A stretch of 61,781 nucleotides of DNA, the filler included, from Squatina squatina (lineage: Eukaryota): NCBI GenBank assembly GCA_031763465.1. It is 3 parts of 3 records of this genome, joined end to end, with 100 filler letters (N's around TTAATTAATTAA, not from the genome) between each part and the next. Parts side by side here need not be neighbours in the genome. Positions count along the whole stretch, not along the records: positions 21,948 to 45,197 come from JARFOE010000073.1; 2 more parts are not named here. One strand, 5' to 3'. The position numbers and the translations under genes are program-made. Within the stretch, counting starts at the first letter, position 1. Every line of letters begins with the position of its first letter. Of this stretch, positions 26,925 through 39,535 are shown piece after piece. The notes beneath the pieces were generated by a model, which was not told the DNA's origin, did not search any database, and was given only the letters and a program-made list of their open reading frames with translations.

Positions 26925-27586
26925 AGGACTTTTTCGGGTTGGCAGGCTGTAATTCGCGGCTACCGCAAGGATCAGTGCTGGGGCCTCAGCTAATTATCAT
27001 CGATTAATGACTTAGATGAAGGGACTGAGTATTACGTATCCAAGTTTGTTGATGATACAAAGTTAGGTGGGAAAGTAAGCTGTGAGGAGGATGCAAAGGG
27101 GCTGCAGAGAGATATAGACAGGTTGGCTGAGTGGGCAAGAACATGGAAGTTATCTCACTTTGATAGGGAAAACATAAAAGCAGAATATTTTTTTGAATGA
27201 TGTGAGACTGGGAAATATTAGCATTCAGAGGGACCTGGGTGTGCTGTACGTGAATCACAGAATGTTAACAGGCAGGTACAGCAAGGAATTAGGAAAGCAA
27301 ATGGTATGTTAGCTTTTGTTACAAAGGGATTAGAGTATAAGAGTAAAGCAGTCTTACTACAATTATACAGGTGAGACCACACCTGGAGCACTGTGTACTG
27401 TTCTGGTCTCCTTATCTAAGGAAAGACACACTTGCCTTAGAGGGAGTGCAGCGAAGGCTCACTAGACCGGTTCCTGGGATGAGGGGATTGCCCTACGAGG
27501 AGAGGTTGAGTAGACGAGGCCTAAATTCCCCGGAGTTTAGAAGAATGAGAGGTGATCTAATTGAATCATATAAAATTCTTAAGGGG
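26925..27586 (+). mobile_element. CR1 LINE reverse-transcriptase fragment, degenerate
   Basis: PQGSVLGP motif (ccgcaaggatcagtgctggggcct), KFVDDTK (decayed FADD), then RPHLEHCVLFWSPYLRKDTLALEGVQRRLTR...RRMRGDLIESYKILKG. Confidence 0.92.
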
Positions 27587-29065
27587 NNNNNNNNNNNNNN
27601 NNNNNNNNNNNNNNNNNNNNNNNNNNNNNNNNNNNNNNNNNNNNNNNNNNNNNNNNNNNNNNNNNNNNNNNNNNNNNNNNNNNNNNCTGACTGTCCATCA
27701 ACATCCTGAACTGAGGCGTCCACTGGAGAAATTGAAGAGACCAGCCCAAAACTCATAAAATGGTGGAGAAATGCCAACAACCCTGCTTCTGAGGTCAAAG
27801 CAACACCGTAAAAGTCAAGTCCTGCCATAACATTACTTCTGGTGCGTGAATCAAATTGTCACAGAGAAGTTATACGCCCAGTGACTGCCTATTACTATTG
27901 GGGGGGGGGGGAGGATTTACAGTGAATGGGCACAAACACTGGCTCGGCACAAGATAAATGGAGAAATGCGACAAACATACACAGGCGGTTGTGAATGAAT
28001 CATTGTGTTAGTATTTGCTCTGTCTAACGCACTATGTAGAATCTCTCCGAAGCTCCCTCGTTTATTCTGGAGCAGTCTGGTGTTCTTTGTTCACCGTCCA
28101 CTGTTCTAATTATTTTTTAATCTCACCTTCCCCGGCGCGATAATTCACTGCACTCAAAGATGCAGCATGTGTGCGTGAGGGTAGGGGGAATCAAAAAATC
28201 TCCATCGTACCTCATTGCTCTGGCCCCAGCATTACCTTCCAGAGTAATTAACCCGAGCAAGGATGGATCGTTTGCTCATGCAAAAGCATTTCACGAGCTC
28301 TGTGAAAGATGCTGAGAGCTGATCGTGCTGGCTGACTCACAGATCAGGCTCGAGAATGATGAAGGGTTTTTGATTTTTCTGTGTGGACAGATAGAGCTTA
28401 CCTCTTGTAACATGGAAGGCATCTAACNNNNNNNNNNTCTAACTGATCAATGTGCATGAAAAGCCTCTGGCTGAAAACTCCGCTTTAAATCCCAGTTCTC
28501 TTAAGATGACTCATAGGCATTGAAAAGTTCCCAAAGAACCATTTCACGCACGGATCTAAAACCATGTTGCCGGTTCAAAGGACACACGGGCCAGTTGACG
28601 GACGGAACCTCACTTTAGTAGCTGCTGGGGACGTTCACTTGGGAAATGTCTCTCCTCCCCGTTCCTGCATCTCCCAGAGACGGGTGGCTGGAGGCGGCGA
28701 GGGGAAAGCCACCTTTCCTTGTGTTGTATCCTCTGCTCAGCTCCAATTTCTGTTGTTGTGTCTTCTTTCTTCTCTCTCCCGAGCACAAATAGAGAAAAAA
28801 ACAACTGGAAGACAGACTAAAGAGACAGCTTATTTGGAAGAGAGTCAGAGCACAGGCTGGCTACAAGCATTAGCATTTCAAAGCTGCACAGCTGTCTGGG
28901 AGCTTGTGGCAGGAAATACCACCGGACGGCCAGAACTGGGAGGAATCAAGGCACATAGCAAAACCTGGCAAGGAGTTTAACTTCAGGGATTAGGAATGGA
29001 GAATCCGTCCCTATTTATGTAAATGTTTAAAGGCACACATCTACATTATTTTTATATAAACATAT

Positions 29066-29812
29066 CTCTCCTCTCTCTCTCTCTTAGGCAGTCCCTCGGG
29101 TACGAGGATGACTTGTTTCCACTCTAGTTGTGGGTTCTGAGGTGGCTGAATAGTCCAATGCGGGAGCCGCAGACACGGCCATAGGTGGGGCAGGTGATAC
29201 TTGAAGAGATAAGTGGCAGGGATGAGCATGTTGCTGTGCGCCTTCATGGTGCGCCTTCATGGTGCGCCTTCACGGTGCCTTCATGGCTGGCTCTTCTCCA
29301 TTTTGGGCAGTCTTGGGCCACGGATTCCCATGAGTCGGTGGGGATGTTGCATTTCTTCAATGAGGCCTTGAGGACAGCCTTGTAGCATTTACTCTGCCGT
29401 CGTCCAAGGCGTTTTCCATGGCGGAGTTCAGAATAGAGAGCTTGTTTCGGGAGTCTTGTATCTGGCATGTGGACGATGTGACCAGCCCATCGCAGCTGAT
29501 TGAGCATAAGCAGTGCCTCGATGCTCGGGATGTTGGCCTGGGTGAGGACACTGACGTTGGTGCGTTTGCCCTGCCAGTTTATTTGCAGGATTTTGCGAAG
29601 GCAGCGTTAGTGGGATTTCTCCAGAGCTTTGAGGTGTCTGCTGTACAGTGCCCATGTCTCCGATGCATACAAGAGGGCAGGTATCACTGCTGCCCTGCAG
29701 ACCATGATCTTGGTGAAGTCCTTATCCTCAAACACACTCTTTCTCAGGTGCCCGAAGGCTGGAACTCGTCATCTAAGTCTGCCCTAGCTGAGAGGAGGCT
29801 CCCGAGGTATAG
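29066..29812 (-). mobile_element. RTE-clade (BovB-like) LINE 3' fragment
   Basis: Encodes YLGSLLS and QLRWAGHIVHMPDTRLPKQALYSELRHGKR...LKASLKKCNIPTDSWESVAQDCPKWRR. Ends in a simple (GA)n tail. Contains an internal 13-bp tandem GTGCGCCTTCATG, about 4 copies at 29236-29286. Confidence 0.88.
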
Positions 29813-30625
29813 NNNNNNNNNNNNNNNNNNNNNNNNNNNNNNNNNNNNNNNNNNNNNNNNNNNNNNNNNNNNNNNNNNNNNNNNNNNNNNNNNNNNNNNN
29901 NNNNNNNNNNNNGGGTCAGTTTTTGACCTCAAGATTAAAAACGTCATTGCTGGGGAATGAAACACTTGGTTTCTGTCAGTATCTCGTAATCCGAGGTCAG
30001 GTACAGCACAGGTTAGATGCAGAGTGAAGCTCCTTTTGCACTGTCCCAAATACTTTCAGATCGGCTTAGTACAGGTTTCTTTATACCACTCCAATTTACA
30101 TTGGAGCCATCTGAGAAGAGGGACATTCATTCCATAAGCTAAAAGGAGAATGTTCGTCAAGCGCCCTTATTTTACCGGCACTTTTATGTTTTCCTGTCGA
30201 GCTTTCAGTATGAGAGGTTATTGCAGTTTCTAGAACAACATTCATCAGCTTATATTGGGGAAGTATTTTAGCAACGCCAAAGATTACTGCAGTGAGATGA
30301 AGCAGACACAGCTTTACAGGTAAGCACTCGGAGAGTGTTAGCATGGGGAATGCCTCTGTAATCCACGAGTGGCCACTGAGGGATACCTCCTTCATATTCC
30401 TCAATGGACACGAAGGCACATATTTTTACACAGCTATTGTGATCTTGTCTGTTCCTTCCACCCTCGCACAATCGGGTATATAGTTCCATAGGCACCAGCA
30501 GCCTTCTCATACTTGAACCAAGTGGTCGTTACTCATGAGTGAACGTTGACCATGAGTGACAGCAGGCTATTTGACTGCAAAGTATGGAAACATTGCTAAA
30601 TTAGAAAACCATGTCTCATACTTAC

Positions 30626-30637
30626 TTTCTTGCTACC
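30626..30637 (-). CDS. Candidate 12-nt microexon GGTAGCAAGAAA (PTPRJ-like gene or OSBPL5)
   Basis: Minus strand reads TCTCTCTCTCTTTCTCTTTCAACAG|GGTAGCAAGAAA|GTAAGTATG: long pyrimidine tract, consensus donor, frame-preserving length. Confidence 0.55.
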
Positions 30638-30884
30638 CTGTTGAAAGAGAAAGAGAGAGAGAGTGTGTTAACTGTTGACCAGTATATTCCTGCATCACAG
30701 ATTACTTTAAAAGGTGCTTTTAGCTGGATGCACAGTGCCAGAAAAATGATGCTCAAGATGATGCCATAATCTCGGAGCACTGCTCTCCTCTTTACCAGCA
30801 GATCACTGGTCCCGACTGTTCTCGTTATATCAATGCAGCTTTTAAGCACCGTGCGGCACAGAAAGATACTAAACCAATGTTAAA

Positions 30885-31405
30885 GAATTTGCTGAAACCC
30901 ACATCCACACCTTGTCACCTCCAGACTCGAATATTCTAATGCTTTCCTGGCCAGCTTGCCGTCCCTCATCCTCCGTAAACTTCAGGATATCCCAAAGTCT
31001 GCTGCCTGTATACCATTCCGCTCATCCATCACCCCTGTCCTTCCTGACCCACACTGGTACCTAGTCCTTCAATTTAAAATTTTTATCCTCATGTTTTAAT
31101 CCCTTCATGGCCTCGTCCCCTCTCTATCTTTGTAACCTGCTCCAGCACTATAACCCTCAAAACACCCCATTCCTCGGACTCTGGCCACCTCACCCCACTA
31201 TTGGCTCCTGTACTTTGAGCCACCTAGTCCCTACATTCTGGAATTCCTTGCCTAAGTCTCTCCCCTCCTCCAACTCACTGTTCTCCTTTGAGGCTTTCCT
31301 TAAAACCCACCTCTTTGACCAACCTTTTGGTCACCCTTCCTAATACTTCCTTTTTTGGCTTGGCATTCTTCTACATTAAAGGCACTACATAAATGTAAGT
31401 TGTAA
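30885..31405 (+). mobile_element. Decayed L2-type LINE 3' fragment
   Basis: gtcacctccagactcgaatattctaatgct (VTSRLEYSNA), then PLYLCNLLQ...PTFWNSLPKSL...FLKTHLFDQPF, with tail aaaggcactacataaatgtaagttg. Confidence 0.8.
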
Positions 31406-31899
31406 TTTCAATTGGTTAGCTTTTGGAAATTGTTTGTACTATGGGATTCAGAGAACAAAAAAGCTTCCACTATAGTACAAGTCAGTTGCTTATCAAAAGG
31501 AGGAAGACATTAGTCATCATTTTGCCTCAAAGATATCTTTGTTGCCTTTTCCTGAACTTCAAACACTGCAGACTGACTTTCCTGTTTGCCTTCTCGATTT
31601 CAACATGTTGTACATGCAAGCATATGTAACGTGCTTTTTTTGTCACATGCTCCTGGTCCTCAGTCAATGAGGCAGGTGGCTAACACAATGGCTAAAGGCT
31701 GGCAACTATAGGTCACCAAGAACCAGGATATTGCAACTGTCCTTTGTCAGAATGCAACAATGTACAGGCTGTTTGCAGCAAGAGCATCTTTGACTGCAGC
31801 TGTNNNNNNNNNNNNNNNNNNNNNNNNNNNNNNNNNNNNNNNNNNNNNNNNNNNNNNNNNNNNNNNNNNNNNNNNNNNNNNNNNNNNNNNNNNNNNNNN

Positions 31900-32095
31900 N
31901 NNNCCTTTTGCTCTTTCATTCCCTTCCCCTACTTTCCCTGTGCCTGCATTGCTGAAAACCTGTTGTTGCGTCTTGAACATCTTCCAGTTCTGACAAACGA
32001 TCATCGACCTGAAACGTTAACTCTGTTTCTCTCACCACACATGTTGCCTGACTTGCTGAGTATATACAGCAATTTCTGTTTTTATTTTCATTTAT
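31900..32095 (+). mobile_element. Penelope-like element terminal-repeat fragment with a degenerate hammerhead motif
   Basis: ccagttCTGACAAacgatcatcgacctGAAACGTTaactctg...cctgacttgctgagtat...cagcaatttctgtttttatttc; same family as 35487-35921 and 51110-51400. Confidence 0.7.
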
Positions 32096-32800
32096 ACATC
32101 ATGTTCTCAAAATATCCCAAATTGCTTTGCAGCCAGCAAGTGCAATCACTGCTAAGGCAAACATAGCAGTCAATTTTGCACACAGCTAGATCCCACAAAT
32201 AGAAAATGATAAGTTAATTTGGCCAGGATACTGGGAGAAGTTCCTGCTGTTCTTTGGACAAATACTATGTCCAGCTGAACAGGCAGATAGCAGCTCCAAC
32301 AATACCTCAGTACTGCACTGAAGTCAGATTAAATTATATGCTCAAGCACTTTAGTGTGACTTGAATGGACAGTGTTCTGAATGAAGTGAGCCAAGCTGAT
32401 ACAAAGACACTTTTGAACAAATCAACCATCACATTTAGTAATGGGGTTCCAACAAATATCCACATTGCACCCATGTGAGGTTCTTGTTTTTCCTTAAAGC
32501 CTACTCTGGTTGAGGGACCTTGCTGCAATATCAACCAGAATAAGAAAGTTTATAGTTAGCGTCGCATGAAGCGCAAAAAGCTTGCATCAGTGAAATATCG
32601 GCACATAAAAGACTTGATTCAGATTCTTTCTTGTGAAGATCAACAATTGGAGATAGCGGAATACAGTTACTGATACAGAAAGCAGGCTTGATAAAATTTT
32701 CACGTGGAGAGCACATTAGTGAACAGCCGCAATGATAAAGATTAAGGAGAGACTTTTATTTAGCAGATTTCAGCTGATAGGCCCCAAGAGTAACACTTAC

Positions 32801-33064
32801 TGGTGTAGCTAGAAATCGCCACTGAATCTGCTCGAGTGCCATCTGCTGCCAGTGTAGTAATGGTAAAATTGTACTTCGTTCCAGGCGTTAGGCCCTTTAT
32901 GGTAGCATTTTCACTGTTCACAGTTTCATTGGTAGGGGCTGGGTTTCCCTCGGTCAGTACCATGTACTTATACCCATCTTTATAATCCACTGGTCTCGTC
33001 CAATTCAGGGTTATGGAGTTAGTGCTGACATCTACCACCTTCACATTCTGCACTTCGTTAGGCT
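32801..33064 (-). CDS. PTPRJ: Fibronectin type III exon of an R3-subtype receptor tyrosine phosphatase (PTPRJ/DEP-1-like)
   Basis: Acceptor ttccaacag and donor gtaagt; 264 nt, phase 1-1. Encodes PNEVQNVKVVDVSTNSITLNWTRPVD...ATIKGLTPGTKYNFTITTLAADGTRADSVAISSYT with several NxS/T sites. The FN3 call is firm; the gene name is inferred from domain style and neighbourhood. Confidence 0.65.
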
Positions 33065-33882
33065 CTGTTGGAAAGAGTTATCAAATATTATTATTTAAAG
33101 AAAAAACAGTTGTGTACTGCACTAAACAGGAAAAGGTGCACAACATTTTTTTTCAAATCAGGAAAACTCGGTGAAGGGCCAATGAAGCACGATGCCCCAT
33201 GCATCCAACATTCAAAAGCATAGAAAGGGAAAGCATTGTTTTTAAAAAAAGACTGCAAATTGCAGGAAGGAAAGACTGATAGAAGTAAGGAGGCAGCAGA
33301 GAAGGTCACTGATGCAGAAACAGAAGGGAATGGGAATGAGGACAGAATCCTGGGGAACCCCTGAGTTAATGGGAAAAAGTATCAGAGGACGAGCCATTAA
33401 TCACAGCACAGTCACTGCAATTTCAGAGGAAACTAGATAGGGTATGAACTGAGTTCTGGTGAAAACCAAACAATTATTTTTTTTTTTAAATAAGCTGGAC
33501 ATTGGAAAGAAAATCTAAGAACTAAATATTTGTTGAAGTAATTTGGATGAGTAGCAGTGACAGGGACAGGGATGCACCATGCGTCCACATTTCGCAGAAA
33601 ACTATTCAACTCTATTGCAAGAAGATCAATTTTGTAGCAATTCTGTGAGTAGCTTAAAGAAAATTATTCCTCAATTCTCGTATTGCAGCTTGAAGCCGCC
33701 CGTTAGAATTTCTAAGGCAAAGAAACAGGTGCGAAGAAAATAGAGGACATATAATGGAAAACCACAGAATAATGAGTTTTACNNNNNNNNNNNNNNNNNN
33801 NNNNNNNNNNNNNNNNNNNNNNNNNNNNNNNNNNNNNNNNNNNNNNNNNNNNNNNNNNNNNNNNNNNNNNNNNNNNNNNNNN

Positions 33883-34062
33883 TCAGTCATTGAGAATATT
33901 CAAGATTGAGATAGATAGATTTTTGGAATCTAAGGGAATCAAGGGAAATGGGGATCGGGCTTGAGTGGAGTTGAGGTCAAAGATCAGCCATGAACTTATC
34001 GAATGATGGAGCAGGCTCAAAGGGTCATATGGTCTACTCCTGCTCCTTTGTTATTATGTTTC
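33883..34062 (+). mobile_element. CR1 LINE 3' end
   Basis: gagatagatagatttttgg...taagggaatcaaggg...gatcagccatgaacttatcgaatgatggagcaggctcaaagggtcatatggtctactcctgctcc. Confidence 0.8.
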
Positions 34063-35486
34063 CTCTACCTTCTCAATCCCATTGGATCTCCTATCCCTTC
34101 ACCAATCCATTGCCTCCTTCCCTTCCCAACTACCCCTCACTCCCATCACTATCTCTACCTCTTCCCTTTGACTTATTTCTTCAACATCTTTATCCTCCCT
34201 TCCCTCTTGCTTACCTATGAAGCACTTCACCTTTAATCTTTCATCCACTTAAGGGAGAGGACAAAGCACCCCTCACCCTCAACCTGTTTTTATCCTCTCC
34301 TCCCCTCTTTCTCGGACTTCTTATCTATTCCTTCTGAGGCTTTGTTCGTTTTCAAAATTCATCTTCTTCGGTTTCTAAAACAAAAATCATTTTAGAATGA
34401 GGAAGGACACTGTCTGCCACTTTCTCCACCTGTTTCTCACCTCCTCTGTCTCATTGATATTAGCAATTAGAATCTGTTTCACAGACGGAAGAAATTACCA
34501 TTTCTGACTGGCAAGATAATTAATTCACCTTCAAAATTCAACATTTTGGGGGAAAACTGAATGAATATTCACATGAAGAAAAGCATTCTCTTTTCTCTCT
34601 CATCCCACCCGCCTCATATTCTCTCTGACCCTACTGTTTCTCTGATCTTAACCATTGAATCACTACAGCAGTGTTGCGGTGCACTTCGATCCTTTCTAGG
34701 GATCCGATCAGGATACTGCTACTAGATTTGATTGCAAATTCAACTTGTACAGTTTGAAGGTGGAAATCCAGCACAGCTGCTGAGTGGACTATTAAATATG
34801 CATGTGAGGAATGAGTCAATTTTATTTATTTTTTTAAAATTCAGGTTGTATACAATTCTCCTGCAGCAGTAATGAGATTCTGTGTGTGGCAGAGGTGCAC
34901 TGTTTGAATTCACTGGGACTATATTGGTGCAGTTGGAGCTTGCTATGATGCACTTAGCAGCATTTTGTTTATAATCTGCACACTCCTCCTGGCATTGCTT
35001 ACTGTTTCTTTTCCCTTCTGCTTTTTCCATTCATGTTTCTGCTGAATTCAAGGGAGCATGTGCTATATATGTGTGTCTGTGTGTGGGTGGGCTTTGAAAG
35101 TATCCTGTTCATCAAACCACTGAGCTGAGGAGAGAGAAAGGGAGAGAGCTTGAAACGTGGGGGGAAGAGAGAGTAAGAGAGAAAAAAAAACAGCCTACAC
35201 AATTTAATCGGGGATGTGGGCGTGAAGACAGCAGCTGCTCCGAGACACTTGTCGATGAATCGTGATATCCGGAGCATTCTTCCACCAACCTTGATTAGCA
35301 TCCCAGCTCACCGGACAGAAACAAGATCCTTTGTCTCCTCTGGTTTTGAGATATAACAGAGAGCAGAGCAAGGCTTACTTCTGACGNNNNNNNNNNNNNN
35401 NNNNNNNNNNNNNNNNNNNNNNNNNNNNNNNNNNNNNNNNNNNNNNNNNNNNNNNNNNNNNNNNNNNNNNNNNNNNNNNNNNNNNN

Positions 35487-35921
35487 GTCGAAGACCCTTC
35501 ATCAGAACTGGAAAAAGTTAGAACTGTAGCAGGTTTTAAGCACCTGCAGGGACGGGGAAAGCGGGGAGGGGAGAAAGAACAGAAGGGAAGGTCTGTGATA
35601 GGGTGGGAGGGAAACAAAGGCCAAAGAGAAAAAAAAACTGAATGAAAAATATAGGGTAGTGATTACGGTCTGTAATGGTTGAACTCGATGTCGAGTCCGG
35701 AAGGCTGTAAAATGCCCAATCGAAAGATGAGGTGCTGTTCCTCGAGTTTACGCCGAGCTTCATTGGAACAGTGTAAGAGGCCAAGGACAGAGAGATCAGG
35801 GTGGGAATGAAGCGGAGAATTAAAGTGACAGGCGGCCAGAAGCTCGGGATCACGCTTACGGACTGAACGGAGAAGTTCTGCAAAGCGATCACCCAATCTG
35901 CGTTTGGTCTCCCCAATGTAG
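35487..35921 (-). mobile_element. Penelope-like retroelement 3' portion: GIY-YIG endonuclease end plus terminal repeat
   Basis: Encodes YIGETKRRLGDRFAELLRSVRKRDPELLAACHFNSPLHSHPDLSVLGLLHCSNEARRKLEEQHLIFRLGILQPSGLDIEF, then a CT-rich UTR and CTGATGAAGGGTCTTCGAC at the gap edge. Confidence 0.88.
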
Positions 35922-37339
35922 AGATAGTGTTAATTTGTTCTACATCCAGATTGAGATAGAAAACCAGGGAGCTGGGATAGAGGACAGATATTTAATTTTG
36001 CTTTGTTTGTGTTCAAACCCTGATCTGAGCAGTAGAATTACATGGTTTAGATATTGTGGGCTGCCCAGCTCTGACTTGATTTAAAGTCTGTTCTATGGCT
36101 TACAGTAAGGCCCATTACCCTTTCATCTGTGACAATAAAAATTTGTAAACATTTGTGTTGTCCTGTTTGAGAACTTGTAATGCATCCCATATTTTTTCTT
36201 GTGAACCATTCCATTAATCTGTCACATGTGGAACATAGCTGTGGAACTGTGTACAAATAAAACTGTGTCCAAATAAAACTGTCCACAGATAGCAAACATT
36301 GATAATAAAAAGAGGGTGAAGGAAGAAAATAAATGGATTTGCTCCACCAGAGGCCTATATTTTAGCTGGGTCTGTTTGCTTCATGATTTGTTCTATACAG
36401 CAGCCTGACAAGGACTGAGAATAGAAAAGGGGATTGTCTCTTTTAACACAATTAACAAGCTTTCAGTCCCAGCAGTGTTTCATTGGAACACTGAATTAGG
36501 GAAAAAAGCACAAAATGTAGAAAAGAAGCATGGGCGTTCAGTGGGAGCTCGCAGTGAAGGACAGGCTTTGTTTGGCCTGGGTCAGCAAGTTACATTTCAG
36601 ATTCGAATCATTTATATTTATGCAAGTTCTTCTTCACGGATTGGCTGCCTAATTTAATTTACATCCATTTTGTTAAGCAGAGAAAGAAATGTGAAAGGTG
36701 GCCAACAGCTGCTAACTNNNNNNNNNNNNNNNNNNNNNNNNNNNNNNNNNNNNNNNNNNNNNNNNNNNNNNNNNNNNNNNNNNNNNNNNNNNNNNNNNNN
36801 NNNNNNNNNNNNNNNNNCCTTGGATCTGTGTATTAGTACTGCAAGTGTCACTTAATCAGGTATTTTTCCCCACACAGTAAATATTAAAATTCAGAAGGGA
36901 AAGCTTCATGTAGTTTGGATAGCAATAACAAAAATATGATTTATTATTCACATAATCCTCAGATTATTTGTGCTTCTCATCTATAGTTAATCCTATTACA
37001 ATCCAGTATTAATATAACTGCCTACGGGAGTGGAGCTCTCTCAGTGAGGTAGCTGCTGCTCTCCTACTGTGAAAAAGGTTTAATCACAGTTGACGTTCTC
37101 ATTGACTGGATACTCATCGATATCACATGGTCCTGCTATAGAAGGTGATTGGCCTCAGTGTGCTGAAGGGCGCCCCTTTGCTGGGATGTGGGTCAGAGTG
37201 TGAGGATGAATTCCAGCTGCTTCAGCTCAAGCCTGTTCAGGATCAAGACATCCATATGGTAAGCACTAATGCCAGAGGTCATCGGTACACTATCCCAGCG
37301 GTGAATAGATAAACCATAAAACACATATAAAGAAGAATA

Positions 37340-37712
37340 TAGATCTTGAGCCCTCTATCTATTTCTGCTTCTCCCACTACCTATCTCTTTCACACTATTT
37401 TCTCTCTGTGTACCTCTCTCTCTCTTTCAACATTTCTTCCTATCTCCCTTTCTCTACCTCTGTCTTCTTACTTCTTTTCCTCAGCTCAATTTCCTGATCT
37501 CTCTTTATTACTGTGCTTCTCTCTATTTGTATCTCATCCTCTATTTCTCCATCTTAATTTTTAATTCTCTCATTCTGCCACTCTAATGTCTATTTCTCCT
37601 TCGCTCCCTCTCTATCACTTTCTTTCCCTACCTCGCTCATTTTCTCTCACACTCACTATTTCTCTGTCTCCCGAATTATATACACATCTCTACCTTTGTT
37701 TCTTTCTCTCTG
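37340..37712. repeat. CT-rich low-complexity tract
   Basis: Directly visible degenerate (CT)n-rich region. Confidence 0.7.
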
Positions 37713-39348
37713 TAATATCACTGTTTTACAGTGAGGCAGGCATCTGTGAGAAAGGTTTCTAATATCTGCATATGTAATACTGTGGGAAATTTGTAATATT
37801 GGAGGGGGCGACAACAGGAAGTCTGTAAAGTGGAGTGTGTTGCAGCCACATCACAGTGAACTTATATAATATCAGACTATGTTACACTGCAGCACATGTC
37901 TCAGCTCCTGTACATGTATGATACACAAAGTCAAAGGGAACCATGCCGTCCTATTTGATATTGTATAGCTCATGTCTAGCTCAGTGTTAGCTTCTGTATA
38001 GGTGCAGTATATGTCAGTTAACAGGGAATAAATCACTCCTGTCTGCTGGTATATAATTTATGTGCATTTCAGCATTAATTCCTGTACATGCATTAGTATG
38101 CATCAGGTTAAAGAGAATAATTAATTCCTATCTGTTGCTGTACGGTTTAAATGTGGCTCTGCGTCTGCTCCTGTACATGCATTGTACATACTGGATAAAA
38201 GNNNNNNNNNNNNNNNNNNNNNNNNNNNNNNNNNNNNNNNNNNNNNNNNNNNNNNNNNNNNNNNNNNNNNNNNNNNNNNNNNNNNNNNNNNNNNNNNNNN
38301 NTTTGTGCTCCAAATCCTCTGGTTGTTGGTGACAGCATTCACCAAATCATCTATCTGCTGTCAGGCTTGATGTGCAAGTCTTTTCTGTGGTGAGTGTATC
38401 CCTTTCCTTCACTTTGTCCAGCATGAGCTCAGTCAATCTGGCAGTGTATGAGCCAGAAGCCATCACTGTGCAGGAGATTTGCTGCTCAAACCTATCCTTT
38501 ATGTTGCAAGTGAGAATGCAGCCATGTAAATTGCTGTTGGAACCCTTTAAATTATTATTAACTGTGAATCCTTGTCTGAATGCTTCCTCAAGCTGCTGTG
38601 CAGGCAGGAGCTTGCGCAGAATAAGAAATATATGCAAATCTCAAATGTCGTGAGAAAATGGCCGTGCAGATGCAGTCAGTGAAAATACTCACATCACTCA
38701 ATTAGCAATGTCCACGCTTATGATTATGTTCCCCTCCCTCGGTCTTGATTTCTATGGTTCTCTCTCTCTCTCTTCCCCTTTCATATAGTTTTGTTTCTCT
38801 GCCCCACTCTGCATATGCATGATTCTCTGCATTTGTACAGTTCTGTCTTTCCTTGGGTCTATCTGTTAACATCCATTTCTGTTTCATTCCCTCTCCAGGT
38901 CTCTGTATCTCTCTCTCTCTCTCTCTCTCTCGTCTCCTTCTCTGCAATCTCCGTCACTTCTGCCTGTCATTGGCTGCCTGCCTTTACCTTGGTGTAAAAT
39001 TTTCCATTACTCCTCAGTTGCGTACAGTGATTCGTCCTCCCACTCATGTGTGGGTTCGTTTTTTTCTCCAAAGGAAGCAGCAGCACACAATGAATAAACC
39101 ACGACAGTTGAACACAGCCTGCATCTGCCACTTGGGATTGAGCCATCACTAACAGCCGTAAAGAAGGAGCCACAATATCGAGAGTGGAGAACATCTGAAT
39201 GAATCCTGATTAACTCTCACCTTTATTGTGCTCTTGTGTATATTGGCNNNNNNNNNNNNNNNNNNNNNNNNNNNNNNNNNNNNNNNNNNNNNNNNNNNNN
39301 NNNNNNNNNNNNNNNNNNNNNNNNNNNNNNNNNNNNNNNNNNNNNNNG

Positions 39349-39535
39349 GAGAGGCTCTAATGTATCACTGACCCTGGATATGTGTACACCGGGAAGTGAA
39401 GAAGCTGATGGGCAGGTGCTGTCACCCAGGGAGCAGTCAGCATGGGAATACTTGCAAACAGCATCCAACCTACTCACTTCGCAGATACTGCATGAACGAG
39501 CCATGGACTCCTTTACACTCCAGAGAGAGTTTCTT
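39349..39535 (+). CDS. PTPN5: PTPN5 (STEP) exon with the KIM C-terminal half and KIS region
   Basis: Encodes (R)RGSNVSLTLDMCTPGSEEADGQVLSPREQSAWEYLQTASNLLTSQILHERAMDSFTLQREFL with donor gtaagt. DMCTPG distinguishes PTPN5 from PTPRR. The acceptor lies partly in the gap. Confidence 0.92.

Noticed and set aside
29418-29960. 180-aa plus-strand ORF
   Set aside because: It is the antisense shadow of the RTE LINE fragment.
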